Shown here piece by piece: positions 48,212 to 57,922 of a stretch of 64,000 nt of DNA (position 1 is its first letter; each line of letters begins with the position of its first letter). The stretch is from Gemmatimonadales bacterium (GTDB lineage Bacteria; Gemmatimonadota; Gemmatimonadetes; Gemmatimonadales; Gemmatimonadaceae): positions 20,223 to 84,222 of the forward strand of contig JBBQFZ010000002.1 of assembly GCA_038322455.1 (NCBI GenBank), in the 5' to 3' direction. A program made the position numbers and the translations under genes. The notes beneath the pieces are model-generated. The model saw only the letters and a list, made by a program, of their open reading frames with translations, was not told the DNA's origin and ran no database searches.

Positions 48212-50332
48212 ATGGACTCCAGCTCCTCCATGCTCGACTCGATGACGTTGGCGCCCTCCTCCGCCGTTCCCGGCTGGACCGCCGAGTACGCCGTGCCTCT
48301 CGGAGGCCCGGGCCACCTCCTGCTGGCCACTTTCGAGCAGGCTGCCATCGGAATCGCGCACCTCACTCTTGGCGAAGAGTGGATCTCCGTTAATCAGCGA
48401 TATTGCCAGATCACCGGATACAGCCGCGAGGAGATTCTCCAGCTCAAGCTCGAGGCGTTGACCCACCCCGAAGATGTTCCCGCCAGTCGCGAGTTCATCA
48501 CACGAATTCGATCGGGCGAACTGCCAGAATACAAGATGGAGAAGCGTTACATCCGGAAGGATGGTGCGATCATCTGGGTGAACCTCACTGTGTCAATCGT
48601 GAGGGCCAGCAGTGGAGAGCCGTTGTATCTCGTCGCGTTCATCGAGGACATAACCCAGCGCCGCGAGGCCGAATACCAGGCGAACAGATCGTTGTCGCTG
48701 CTGCGCGCGACGCTCGAATCGACGGCGGATGGCATTCTCGTGGTCGATGTCAGTGGAAAGATCCTCAGCTTCAATCAGAAGATGCCGGACATGTGGGGAA
48801 TCCCGCCGGAGATCTTTGCATCGGGTGACGACGAGCGCGCGATCACCGCCGCGCTCGCCAAGCTCTCGCATCCCGAGGACTTCATGGCGAAGGTCGTGGA
48901 GCTATACAACAATCCCGACGTCGCGAGCTATGACGTGCTGCAGCTGAAAGATGGGAGGATCTTCGAGCGGTATTCCCAGCCGCAGCGGATCAATGACGTC
49001 GCGGTCGGAAGGGTGTGGAGCTTTCGCGATGTAACCGCGCGCCGCCGCGCGGAGGAACAGGGACGCGCGCTGGAGCGGGAGCAGGCTGCGCGTGCGGAAG
49101 CCGAGAACTCACAGAAGCGCACGGCGCTTCTTGCGGAAGCGAGCAGAGTGCTCAGCACGTCGTTCGACTACCAGACGACCCTGGCCGCGCTCGTTCGGCT
49201 CGCCGTCCCCACGCTGGCCGACTACTGCGCCCTGGACATCCTCGAGGGGGACGACGAGTTCAAGCGCATCGGAGAAGCGCACGTCGATCCAACCAAGTCG
49301 ACGCTCATAAGAAAAGTCGCGACTTTTCCGAGAAGCGCGCTCACCGCGCAGCACCCCTTGAACCGCGTGATGACAACCGGCTATCCGGTCCTCGAGGCTG
49401 AGGTTACACCGGCCTTCATTCGTGCGTCCTTTGCTGAGCCGACCCAGAGACAAACGGTCGAGGCGCTCGATCCGCGCTCGCTGATTTGCGTGCCGCTGGT
49501 GAGCTCCGGAAAGATCCTGGGCGCCTTGACGCTGGTGACTTCCGGCTCGGGACGCCGGTACGACGAAGCCGATCTCTCGCTGGCGGCGGACGTCGCGCGT
49601 CGCGCCGCGATTGTGGTGGAGCACGCGCGCCTTTTTCACGAGGCGCAGCAGGCCACGAAAGCGCGGGACGACGTTCTTGCCGTCGTGGCGCATGATCTTC
49701 GTAATCCGCTGAACACGGTTACGATGGCGATCAGCCTCATGCTCGAAAACACGCCCCCTGAACGGACGCAGGAGCGAAGACAGGTCGAGATAGTGCGTCG
49801 GGCCGCCGATCGGATGAACCGAATGATTCAGGATCTGCTCGACGTCAGGAGGATGGAGAGCGGGCGTCTCGCGATCGATCTGAAAGCCGAAGACGTCAAC
49901 GTGATCATCAATGACATGATCGAGATGCTTCGTCCTCTGGCAGAGGGCAGCTCGATAGTCCTCGAGCCCAGCGTCCCCGAGGGGCTTCCGTCCGTTCTCT
50001 GCGATTCCGCGAGAATTCAGCAGGTGCTTTCGAATCTGGTTGGAAACGCGGTCAAGTTCACGCCCCGGCAGGGGCGAATCACCGTCTGCGCGGAGCTCAT
50101 TGACGGCGAGGTGCGGTTCGGGGTAATCGATACCGGCCCCGGAATTCCCCCTGAGCAGGTGCCGCACATCTTCGGGCAGTTCTGGCAGGCCTCACCATCG
50201 GACCGCCGCGGAATCGGCCTCGGACTGGCCATCGCGAAGGGAATCGTGGAGGCCCATAAGGGGACTATCTGGGTGGAAAGCCACGTCGGCCTCGGTAGCA
50301 CCTTTTACTTCACGCTGCCGACCGCGACCTAG
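48212..50332 (+). CDS. Cytoplasmic PAS-PAS-GAF sensor histidine kinase
   Basis: PAS/PAC (THPED, EKRYIRKDG), second PAS, GAF, H-box AHDLRNPL, NLVGNAVKF, DTGPGI, GLGLAI. Confidence 0.92.
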   Translation: MDSSSSMLDSMTLAPSSAVPGWTAEYAVPLGGPGHLLLATFEQAAIGIAHLTLGEEWISVNQRYCQITGYSREEILQLKLEALTHPEDVPASREFITRIRSGELPEYKMEKRYIRKDGAIIWVNLTVSIVRASSGEPLYLVAFIEDITQRREAEYQANRSLSLLRATLESTADGILVVDVSGKILSFNQKMPDMWGIPPEIFASGDDERAITAALAKLSHPEDFMAKVVELYNNPDVASYDVLQLKDGRIFERYSQPQRINDVAVGRVWSFRDVTARRRAEEQGRALEREQAARAEAENSQKRTALLAEASRVLSTSFDYQTTLAALVRLAVPTLADYCALDILEGDDEFKRIGEAHVDPTKSTLIRKVATFPRSALTAQHPLNRVMTTGYPVLEAEVTPAFIRASFAEPTQRQTVEALDPRSLICVPLVSSGKILGALTLVTSGSGRRYDEADLSLAADVARRAAIVVEHARLFHEAQQATKARDDVLAVVAHDLRNPLNTVTMAISLMLENTPPERTQERRQVEIVRRAADRMNRMIQDLLDVRRMESGRLAIDLKAEDVNVIINDMIEMLRPLAEGSSIVLEPSVPEGLPSVLCDSARIQQVLSNLVGNAVKFTPRQGRITVCAELIDGEVRFGVIDTGPGIPPEQVPHIFGQFWQASPSDRRGIGLGLAIAKGIVEAHKGTIWVESHVGLGSTFYFTLPTAT

Positions 50333-50392
50333 CCCGCGCTTGCGGCGGGTGCCTCCAGGCGTAGCGGAGGGTTTGGCGGGGGGTCGCGCGCG

Positions 50393-51670
50393 TTGCCGGG
50401 AGACAGCTCTAGCGTCCATACACGACGCTCCGCTCCTCGGCCCAGGCCGGCCAAAGCGACCGGGCGTGCCCTTCAGGAGGACAAGCTGGGACAGTCAGTA
50501 TCTCGGGAGTATATAGACACGGCGGAAGCCGCGGGACTCCGCTACGTCACAGATGCGATGCCGGGAATTCGCCGTCAGCGCCACGGTCGCGGGTTCAATT
50601 ACATGGACCCCGATGGCCGTGTCATTCGCGCGCCCGAGATGCTGCAACGGTATCGCTCGCTTGTGATCCCGCCGGCATGGACCGATGTGTGGATCTGTCC
50701 CTATCCCGACGGGCATCTTCAGGTGACCGCCCGCGATGCGAAAGGGCGTAAGCAATACAGATATCACTTGGGTTTCCGGCAGCACCGCGATGGCACCAAG
50801 TTCGAGCGTATGTTCGAGCTGAGCGATGTCCTCTGGAAGATCCGTGAGCGCGTAGAAACTGATATCGAGCTGGATGGTCACCCCCGAAACAAGATCATGG
50901 CGACTCTCGTCTGGCTTCTGGAGACGACGCTCATCCGCATCGGGTCCGACGAATACGCGAAGGCGAACAAATCCTACGGCCTCACGACTTTCCGTCGGAG
51001 ACACGTGGCAGTGGTCGGCTCGGAGCTTCGCTTCGAGTTTCGCGGCAAGAGCGGAATCCAGCACGCCGTCGCGGTAACGGACCGGCGAATCGCACGCATC
51101 GTCCAGAGGTGCCAGGAGCTGCGCGGGGAAGAGCTTTTCAAGTATCTCGACGACGAGGGGAAGAGGCAGGTCGTCCAGGCCGAAGACGTGAACGCCTACC
51201 TTCAGGACGTCACCGGTCGCGAAATAACCGCCAAAGACTTTCGAACCTGGGCAGGAACGATGCTCGTGGCCGAGGCGCTCAGGCAGATCGGGCCAGCGGC
51301 CACCAAGCGCGAAGCCGAGAAGAACATCGTTGCCGCGGTGGACGTAACGGCGAAGCGGCTGGGCAACACGAGAAGCGTCTGTCGCAAATACTACATACAC
51401 CCGGTCCTGCTCGAGGCCTATCTCGAGGGTTCGGTGCTTCCGCCGCTTCCAGAGCGGAAATGGAGCAAGCGCAAGTCAAAGGGTCCGACTCTTCGGCAAC
51501 ACGAGATGGATGTGCTGGCCTTCATCAAGGCGAGGCTCAAGCCGCAGAAGCGTCGCATCGCGGCAAGTCGCTACAAGAAATCGCCGGCCGCCGAGCCCGC
51601 CGGCGAAGACTCGAGGAAACCAAGCGACGCGCCGACAGAAGGGCGCGTGCTGGACCGGGCCGTCTCCTAG
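50393..51670 (+). CDS. DNA topoisomerase IB (bacterial, poxvirus-like)
   Basis: AAGLRYV, PPAWTDVWI, GRKQYRYH, IRIGSDEY, FRGKSG, AKDFRTW, LGNTRSVCRKYYIHP. The true start may be CTG 50486, behind AGGAGG. Confidence 0.92.
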   Translation: MPGDSSSVHTRRSAPRPRPAKATGRALQEDKLGQSVSREYIDTAEAAGLRYVTDAMPGIRRQRHGRGFNYMDPDGRVIRAPEMLQRYRSLVIPPAWTDVWICPYPDGHLQVTARDAKGRKQYRYHLGFRQHRDGTKFERMFELSDVLWKIRERVETDIELDGHPRNKIMATLVWLLETTLIRIGSDEYAKANKSYGLTTFRRRHVAVVGSELRFEFRGKSGIQHAVAVTDRRIARIVQRCQELRGEELFKYLDDEGKRQVVQAEDVNAYLQDVTGREITAKDFRTWAGTMLVAEALRQIGPAATKREAEKNIVAAVDVTAKRLGNTRSVCRKYYIHPVLLEAYLEGSVLPPLPERKWSKRKSKGPTLRQHEMDVLAFIKARLKPQKRRIAASRYKKSPAAEPAGEDSRKPSDAPTEGRVLDRAVS

Positions 51671-52113
51671 TCGAGATAGGGATAGTCCGGGTCCGCGAGC
51701 CGCTCCGCGCGCGCGGCCGCCTCGGGTCCGGCGATCTCCTTGGCGAGATCCAACAGCATCGGACTCAGGTGTCCTCCGTACCGCAGCAAGCTTGCGGCTC
51801 GCGCTCTGCGGGCGAGCAGGAACGCCAGGAAGGGCTGGTCGGCCTTGAGCGCGTTGCACGCCGGGCAGGCGAGTACCAGGTTGTCGCGCCGATCATAGGC
51901 GGTCTTTCCCTTTCGCGGCGTCACATGGTCCAACGTGATCGCGACGGCGCTCACTCGACGCTCGCAATACGCGCACAGCGGCCCGTGCCTGTTGAGGAGC
52001 CACTGCCGCGTTTCCATGTACGCGTTCCGGCTAGTGGGCAGGGAAGTGTGCTGCTGCGCCGGTCTACGGGCGCGCTTACGCGGCTTGCGTGATCGTTTTC
52101 GTGGTGGGGTCAA
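51667..52113 (-). CDS. HNH endonuclease
   Basis: CAYC...TLDHVTP...NLVLACPACNALK (Zn ribbon plus H-N-N); basic N-terminus. Confidence 0.88.
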   Translation of the reverse strand: MTPPRKRSRKPRKRARRPAQQHTSLPTSRNAYMETRQWLLNRHGPLCAYCERRVSAVAITLDHVTPRKGKTAYDRRDNLVLACPACNALKADQPFLAFLLARRARAASLLRYGGHLSPMLLDLAKEIAGPEAAARAERLADPDYPYLD

Positions 52114-52220
52114 AGTGGACGGGTGTATTTGTGCCGGTCTGACTTCACAACGATAATAACTACCGCTTACGCGCCGTGGCGCTAGATGCCCATTCCGCTG
52201 GGCGTTAGCTTTTCGCTCTT

Positions 52221-53771
52221 ATGACGATGCGAGAGAAGCTCGAGGTCCTGGCCCGCCGCCGGGCGGAGTCGGAGCAGGGCGGAGGCGAAGCGCGCCTCAA
52301 GGTGCAGCACGAGAAGGGGAAGCTCTCCGCGCGCGAAAGGCTCGACCTTCTTCTCGACGAGGGCTCTTTCGTAGAGCTGGATCGCTTCGTCGTCCACCGC
52401 TCGACCGATTTCGGGCTCGAGGCGCAGAAGTTCTACGGCGATGGCGTAGTCACGGGACACGGGAAGATCGACGGCCGGCTTGTTTATGTCTTCTCCCAGG
52501 ATTTCACGGTGTTCGGCGGCTCCCTATCCGAGTCCTTCGCTGAGAAGATCGTGAAGATCATGGACCTCGCGATGCGGAATGGGGCGCCGGTGATAGGGCT
52601 CAACGATTCCGGCGGCGCGCGCATCCAGGAGGGAGTCGTCTCGCTCGGCGGGTACGCGGAGATATTTCTCCGGAATACGCTCGCGTCCGGAGTGGTGCCC
52701 CAAATTTCCGCGATCCTCGGACCATGCGCGGGCGGGGCGGTCTATTCGCCCGCCATCACTGATTTCACGTACATGGTGCGTGGAACGTCCTACATGTTCG
52801 TGACAGGGCCGAACGTAGTGAAGACCGTGACGCACGAAGACGTCACCATGGAGGAGCTCGGCGGCGCGGACACACACGCGGGCACCTCGGGCGTGGCGCA
52901 CTTTGCGTGCGATTCCGAGCCCGAGTGCCTCCAGCGCATTCGCGACATCTTCCGGTTCATTCCATCCAACAATCTCGGAGATCCACCGCGAGGGCCGGCC
53001 ACTGATCCGCGCGACCGCCGTGACGAATCGCTGCTCGACATTGTGCCCGACAACGCGAACAAGCCGTACGACATGCACGAAGTCATCAAGCGCATCGTGG
53101 ACGACGCGGACTTCTACGAGGTGCAGAGCGAATATGCGGCGAACATCATCTGCGGGTTCGCGCACATCGGCGGCTTCAGCGTCGGCATCGTTGCGAATCA
53201 GCCGGCGGTGCTGGCGGGCGTGCTCGACATCAACGCCTCGCTCAAGGCCGCGCGCTACATACGCTTCTGCGATGCATTCAACATCCCGATCGTGACGTTC
53301 GAGGACGTTCCTGGATTTTTGCCGGGCGTCGCGCAGGAACACGGTGGCATCATCAAGCATGGAGCAAAGCTCCTCTATGCCTACTGCGAGGCCACGGTCC
53401 CCAAGCTCACGGTCATCACGCGAAAGGCATACGGCGGAGCATACGACGTCATGAGCTCCAAGCACATTCGTGGCGACTTCAACGTGGCGTGGCCGACGGC
53501 CGAGATCGCAGTGATGGGGCCGAAGGGCGCGGTAGAGATCCTGTTTCGGAAAGAGATCGCGGAAAGCGGCAATGAGACTGCGTCAACTGATGCGAAGATC
53601 GAGGAGTACCGCGAGAAGTTCGCGCATCCGTATATCGCTGCCGGCCGGGGATACGTCGACGACATCATCGATCCGCGTGACACGCGTCCCGCGCTCATCG
53701 ACGCTCTCGAGAGCCTTCAGACGAAGCGCGACAAGAATCCGCCGAAGAAGCACGGTAACATCCCCCTTTAG
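52221..53771 (+). CDS. pccB: Acyl-CoA (propionyl/methylmalonyl-CoA) carboxylase, carboxyltransferase subunit
   Basis: [55 protein letters not shown]. Confidence 0.92.
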   Translation: MTMREKLEVLARRRAESEQGGGEARLKVQHEKGKLSARERLDLLLDEGSFVELDRFVVHRSTDFGLEAQKFYGDGVVTGHGKIDGRLVYVFSQDFTVFGGSLSESFAEKIVKIMDLAMRNGAPVIGLNDSGGARIQEGVVSLGGYAEIFLRNTLASGVVPQISAILGPCAGGAVYSPAITDFTYMVRGTSYMFVTGPNVVKTVTHEDVTMEELGGADTHAGTSGVAHFACDSEPECLQRIRDIFRFIPSNNLGDPPRGPATDPRDRRDESLLDIVPDNANKPYDMHEVIKRIVDDADFYEVQSEYAANIICGFAHIGGFSVGIVANQPAVLAGVLDINASLKAARYIRFCDAFNIPIVTFEDVPGFLPGVAQEHGGIIKHGAKLLYAYCEATVPKLTVITRKAYGGAYDVMSSKHIRGDFNVAWPTAEIAVMGPKGAVEILFRKEIAESGNETASTDAKIEEYREKFAHPYIAAGRGYVDDIIDPRDTRPALIDALESLQTKRDKNPPKKHGNIPL

Positions 53772-53776
53772 CCGGC

Positions 53777-55306
53777 GTGTTTCGCAAAGTACTGGTTGCT
53801 AACCGCGGCGAGATCGCGCTTCGCGTGATCCGCGCGTGCCAGGAGCTCGGCGTGAAGACCGTCGCGGTATACAGCGAGGCCGACGCGCGCGCTCCCCACG
53901 TGCGCGAAGCCGACGAGGCGGTTCTCATCGGGCCACCCCCGTCGACGGAGAGCTACCTCCGTGGCGACAGGATCATCGAAGCGGCCAGGCTCACCGGAGC
54001 CGACGCGATACATCCGGGATATGGTTTTCTCTCCGAGCGCGAATGGTTCGCGCGGGCGGTGAGGGACGCCGGGCTCGTCTGGATCGGGCCGCCCGCGGAG
54101 GCGATTGCAGCCATGGGCAGCAAGACTGCCGCGCGCACGCTGGCCGTTGCCAACGGCGTTCCGATTGTGCCAGGTACGACCGAGCCGTTCGAGAACGCAA
54201 AAGAAGCCGAGCCGCTGGCCGGGAAGTTCGGATATCCGGTGCTTCTCAAGGCGGCCGCGGGCGGAGGGGGAAAGGGAATGCGCGTGGTCGCGTCGCCCAA
54301 GGATCTGGCGCGCGCGCTCGAAGCGGCCCGCAGGGAAGCGAAGAGCGCCTTCGGCGACGACGCCATATACCTCGAGAAGTTCGTGGAGCGCCCGCGCCAC
54401 GTGGAGATCCAGATTCTCGCCGACTCTCACGGCACGGTGCTTTCGCTCGGTGAGCGCGAATGCTCGGTCCAGCGCCGTCATCAGAAGATGATCGAGGAGG
54501 CGCCGAGCGTGGCGGTGACGCCCGAGCTTCGAAAGAAAATGGGCGAGACGGCCGTACGCGTGGCGCGCGCGGCGGGTTACGTAAATGCAGGTACGTGCGA
54601 GTTTCTGCTGGCCGAGAGCGGAGAGTTTTATTTCCTCGAGATGAATACCCGTCTCCAGGTGGAGCATCCGGTGACCGAGCTCGTCACCGGCATCGATCTG
54701 GTTCAGTGGCAGCTGCGGATCGCGTCGGGAGAGAAGCTGCCCTTTCGCCAGGAGGAGATCGTCCCGCGTGGGTGGGCGATGGAATGCCGCATCACCAGCG
54801 AGGATGCGTCGAACAACTTTCTGCCTTCCACCGGTCGCATCGAGCATTTGCATCTCCCCAGTGGGCCAGGAGTGCGCTGGGACGGCGGAATAGAAGCGGG
54901 CAGCGAGGTCGGACTCTACTACGACCCCATGCTCGGCAAGCTCATCGTGTGGGGAGCGGATCGCGAGCAGGCAGTAACGCGAATGAGGCGCGCCTTGGTC
55001 GACCTGATCATTCTCGGCGTCGAGACATCGCGTGACTTTCACATCCGGATGATGGACGACGAGGAATTCCGTCGCGGCGACATCGACATTCAATGGCTGG
55101 AGCGACGGCTCGCTTCCATTCTGGAGCGCCGTCCCTCAGAAGAGACGACGCGCGTGGCAGCCATCGCCGGCGCCCTGCTTGCCGAACGGGACCGCGCGAC
55201 GCGCAGCGTTACGGGAGGATCGGGCTCATTCACGACCGCTCGCAACCCGACAACGGCCGCGGATTCGTGGAAGCAGGCGGCCCGCCTCGAAGGGCTTCGC
55301 GACTGA
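53777..55306 (+). CDS. accC: Biotin carboxylase subunit of an acyl-CoA carboxylase
   Basis: VANRGEIA, HPGYGFLSE, KAAAGGGGKGMR, ERECSVQRRHQK, EMNTRLQVEHPVTE, YYDPMLGK. Confidence 0.92.
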   Translation: MFRKVLVANRGEIALRVIRACQELGVKTVAVYSEADARAPHVREADEAVLIGPPPSTESYLRGDRIIEAARLTGADAIHPGYGFLSEREWFARAVRDAGLVWIGPPAEAIAAMGSKTAARTLAVANGVPIVPGTTEPFENAKEAEPLAGKFGYPVLLKAAAGGGGKGMRVVASPKDLARALEAARREAKSAFGDDAIYLEKFVERPRHVEIQILADSHGTVLSLGERECSVQRRHQKMIEEAPSVAVTPELRKKMGETAVRVARAAGYVNAGTCEFLLAESGEFYFLEMNTRLQVEHPVTELVTGIDLVQWQLRIASGEKLPFRQEEIVPRGWAMECRITSEDASNNFLPSTGRIEHLHLPSGPGVRWDGGIEAGSEVGLYYDPMLGKLIVWGADREQAVTRMRRALVDLIILGVETSRDFHIRMMDDEEFRRGDIDIQWLERRLASILERRPSEETTRVAAIAGALLAERDRATRSVTGGSGSFTTARNPTTAADSWKQAARLEGLRD

Positions 55307-56550
55307 TGGCAATCGTGAGCGTTGCAATCGAGTCGATCGCGGCCGGGGGAGATGGAGTCGGGCGGAACGAGGGACTCGTCGTGTTCGTGCCGCGCACAGC
55401 TCCGGGCGACGTCGTCACCGCACAGATATCGGGGCGAGGGCACTTCGCGCGCGGCTCGCTGCGGAGCATAGTGACTCCGGCCTCCGTCCGGATCGAGCCA
55501 TCATGTCCGCACTACACACGTGACCGGTGTGGAGGTTGCCAGCTCCAGCACATGACGTACGAGTCGCAGCTCGCCGCGAAACAGCTGATAATCCGCGATT
55601 CGCTTCAGCGCATCGGGAAACGGCCGATCGGGCCGCCGCCAATAGAGCGCAGCCCGAAAGAGTGGCGCTATCGCACCAAGCTCACTCTCGCGATGCGACG
55701 GCGTGGTGCACGGTGGATAGCGGGGCTTCATCCGTACGATGATCCGGGGCGTGTCTTTCCGCTGACGGATTGTCCCATCACCGACAGCGGCGTCGTCTCG
55801 GCCTGGCACGAGGTTATGCAAGCCGACTCCTATTTTCCCGACGCGAGTGAGCTGCGGGGAAGTATTCGCATGACGAGCGGCGGACCTACGTTGGTCATGA
55901 TTGGCGGCGAGAGCTGGGCGGCCCGCGACCAATTTGCCGCTGCCGTTCCTTCACTCTCCGCTGTCTGGTGGATGCCCGCCGAGAACAAACCTCGGCGGCT
56001 GGTCTACGACAGGCGCGCCGATAAGTCACCGAGTGCTTCCTTTGCACAAGTGAACGCCGAGATGGCGGAGGTTCTGCGCGCATACGTGCTTCAACGCGCG
56101 TCATCGTTCGTGCCGCGCACCGCGGTCGACGCCTACGCTGGAGCCGGGGAGATCGCGACAGCATTGAGTGAGGCCGGGATCGTCGTCACCGCTATCGAGC
56201 TCGACGCCGAGGCTTCGGCGTGGTCTGCGGCAAGGCTTCTGCCCCCCTCAGCCGCGGTGGTTGGAAGAGTTGAAGACATCCTCCCGACAGTGCTGCCCGC
56301 GGATCTGGTGTTGCTGAATCCGCCGCGTGCAGGGGTCGATGCTCGGGTAACCGAAACACTCGAAACGCACGCCGGTCTGATCCGCAACGTGATTTATGTG
56401 AGCTGCAACGCCGCGACTCTTGCTCGGGATCTGGCGCGGCTGCCGAGCTATGTGATCGAGAGCACTCGCGCGTTCGACATGTTTCCGCAGACCGCACATG
56501 TGGAGACCGTTTGCGAGCTGCGCCCGGTTACTGGCGAGGCCGCACCGTGA
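55306..56550 (+). CDS. rlmD: 23S rRNA (uracil-C5)-methyltransferase, RlmD/RumA family with TRAM domain
   Basis: TRAM domain; CPHY...CGGCQLQH and TDCPI (Fe-S ligands); SFAQVN, DAYAGAG, NPPRAG, YVSCN, DMFPQTAHVE. The exact target is uncertain. Confidence 0.85.
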   Translation: MAIVSVAIESIAAGGDGVGRNEGLVVFVPRTAPGDVVTAQISGRGHFARGSLRSIVTPASVRIEPSCPHYTRDRCGGCQLQHMTYESQLAAKQLIIRDSLQRIGKRPIGPPPIERSPKEWRYRTKLTLAMRRRGARWIAGLHPYDDPGRVFPLTDCPITDSGVVSAWHEVMQADSYFPDASELRGSIRMTSGGPTLVMIGGESWAARDQFAAAVPSLSAVWWMPAENKPRRLVYDRRADKSPSASFAQVNAEMAEVLRAYVLQRASSFVPRTAVDAYAGAGEIATALSEAGIVVTAIELDAEASAWSAARLLPPSAAVVGRVEDILPTVLPADLVLLNPPRAGVDARVTETLETHAGLIRNVIYVSCNAATLARDLARLPSYVIESTRAFDMFPQTAHVETVCELRPVTGEAAP

Positions 56551-57050
56551 AATACGTTGTGCAGGTCAACGATGAGCGGAAGATCGTCTCGGTGGATCCC
56601 GACGGAGTCAGCTACGAAGGCGGCGCACCAGCCACTGCGGAGTTATCGGATATAGAGGGCAGTCAGGTGCGGATGGTGAAGATCGGCACTCACGTCTACC
56701 GCGTCGTGGCAGAGAAGCGGGAAGGCCGCGGCCGTTACACGCTCTGGGTCGATGGATATCGCTTTGAGACCGAGGCGCTGGATGAGCGCACGCGCGCGAT
56801 TCGGGACACGTCTGCAGCGACGGCAGCTCCCACCGGTCCCGCACCCGTTCGCGCGCCGATGCCCGGGCTGATCGTCCGCGTCAGCGTGAGCGTTGGTGAT
56901 ACTGTTGAAGCGGGTCAGGGCGTAGTCGTGATGGAAGCAATGAAGATGGAGAATGAGTTGCGCGCAACGGCACCGGGACGAGTAAAAAGTGTCGAGGTGG
57001 TGCCAGGTACGACCGTGGAGAAGGGAGCTCTGCTCGTCGCGCTCGAATAA
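56547..57050 (+). CDS. Biotin carboxyl carrier protein with N-terminal BT-like domain
   Basis: RAPMPG, MEAMKMENE (biotinylated Lys), VEKGALL; GTG overlaps the rlmD stop. Confidence 0.92.
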   Translation: MKYVVQVNDERKIVSVDPDGVSYEGGAPATAELSDIEGSQVRMVKIGTHVYRVVAEKREGRGRYTLWVDGYRFETEALDERTRAIRDTSAATAAPTGPAPVRAPMPGLIVRVSVSVGDTVEAGQGVVVMEAMKMENELRATAPGRVKSVEVVPGTTVEKGALLVALE

Positions 57051-57148
57051 TCGCAGGGAAGCCAGGATGTAATGCTGCTGTAAGCTTTCTACTGCGGGCA
57101 CAACCGTTGCTCCTCACGAATGCATACCCTTTAGGCGCTGGAGGTACG

Positions 57149-57727
57149 GTGCTCCCATCAAGAAATTGGATTTTGACCACTGCGATTGGCGTAGTGTTCG
57201 CGACCATGTCGGCCACGTCGCTGCAGGCGCAGGCAGCCGCCTCGATCTGCAAAGACGGAACGACATCGATTTCATCTGGACGTGGCGCGTGCTCGGGTCA
57301 CGGAGGCGTCGACAAGAAAGCAGTAGCCCATCAGAAAAGAGTTGTAAAGGCGCAAACCAAGGTGTCGAAGGCAGCAGTCAAGAATACCGCGGGTGCACAG
57401 GTAACAACCGTCTGCGTCGATGGAACCACCTCGAATTCCACTGGCCGCGGCACCTGCTCCGGTCATGGCGGAGCGAAGGGGGCGGAAGTCACCTCGAAGA
57501 CCACAGGCGCGCCGCTGCCCATTCCGAGAACGGCGGCTCCTACCCGGGCCGCTGCGAGTGCGCAGACCCGGGCGAACAGCAACTCAGCCGTTGCTCGTGG
57601 CTCGGGCTCTGCCGAGGACAACAACCCGTCCGGCGCTATCGCGCGTTGCAAGGATGGTCTGTACTCACACGCGCAGCATCGTCGTGGCGCGTGCAGTCGT
57701 CATGGTGGTGTCGCCAGCTGGATCTAG
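57149..57727 (+). CDS. Secreted DUF3761-like protein with three C-x-DG...C-S-x-HGG repeats
   Basis: GGAGG RBS; signal peptide; repeats with first Cys codons at 57248, 57413 and 57647. Confidence 0.75.
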   Translation: MLPSRNWILTTAIGVVFATMSATSLQAQAAASICKDGTTSISSGRGACSGHGGVDKKAVAHQKRVVKAQTKVSKAAVKNTAGAQVTTVCVDGTTSNSTGRGTCSGHGGAKGAEVTSKTTGAPLPIPRTAAPTRAAASAQTRANSNSAVARGSGSAEDNNPSGAIARCKDGLYSHAQHRRGACSRHGGVASWI

Positions 57728-57751
57728 ACAGCATTCCCGACGCATAATTTC

Positions 57752-57780
57752 CGAAAGGCCGAGCATCGCTCGGCCTTTCG
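57752..57780. terminator. Perfect 13-bp hairpin, probable terminator (no clear U-tract)
   Basis: CGAAAGGCCGAGC-ATC-GCTCGGCCTTTCG, between the DUF3761-like gene and the rplM promoter. Confidence 0.65.
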
Positions 57781-57800
57781 AGCGTTGAGGGCTGACGCGG

Positions 57801-57829
57801 TTGACACAAACCCGAAGGCCGGATACCTT
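57801..57829 (+). promoter_or_regulatory. Sigma70-type promoter of the rplM operon
   Basis: Consensus TTGACA, 17 nt, TACCTT. Confidence 0.8.
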
Positions 57830-57922
57830 AAAAGGCTGTCACAAAACCACTTAGTCGCAGTCAACCGCTCGGAACCCAACTCGAATCGAAGGGGGCCGGC
57901 ACTTACTTACGTTCTGCTACAC

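Noticed and set aside
55306-56550. NPPR instead of DPPR in the RlmD-like methyltransferase
   Set aside because: Asn occurs at this position in active family members such as RlmC; the catalytic Cys (YVSCN) is intact.
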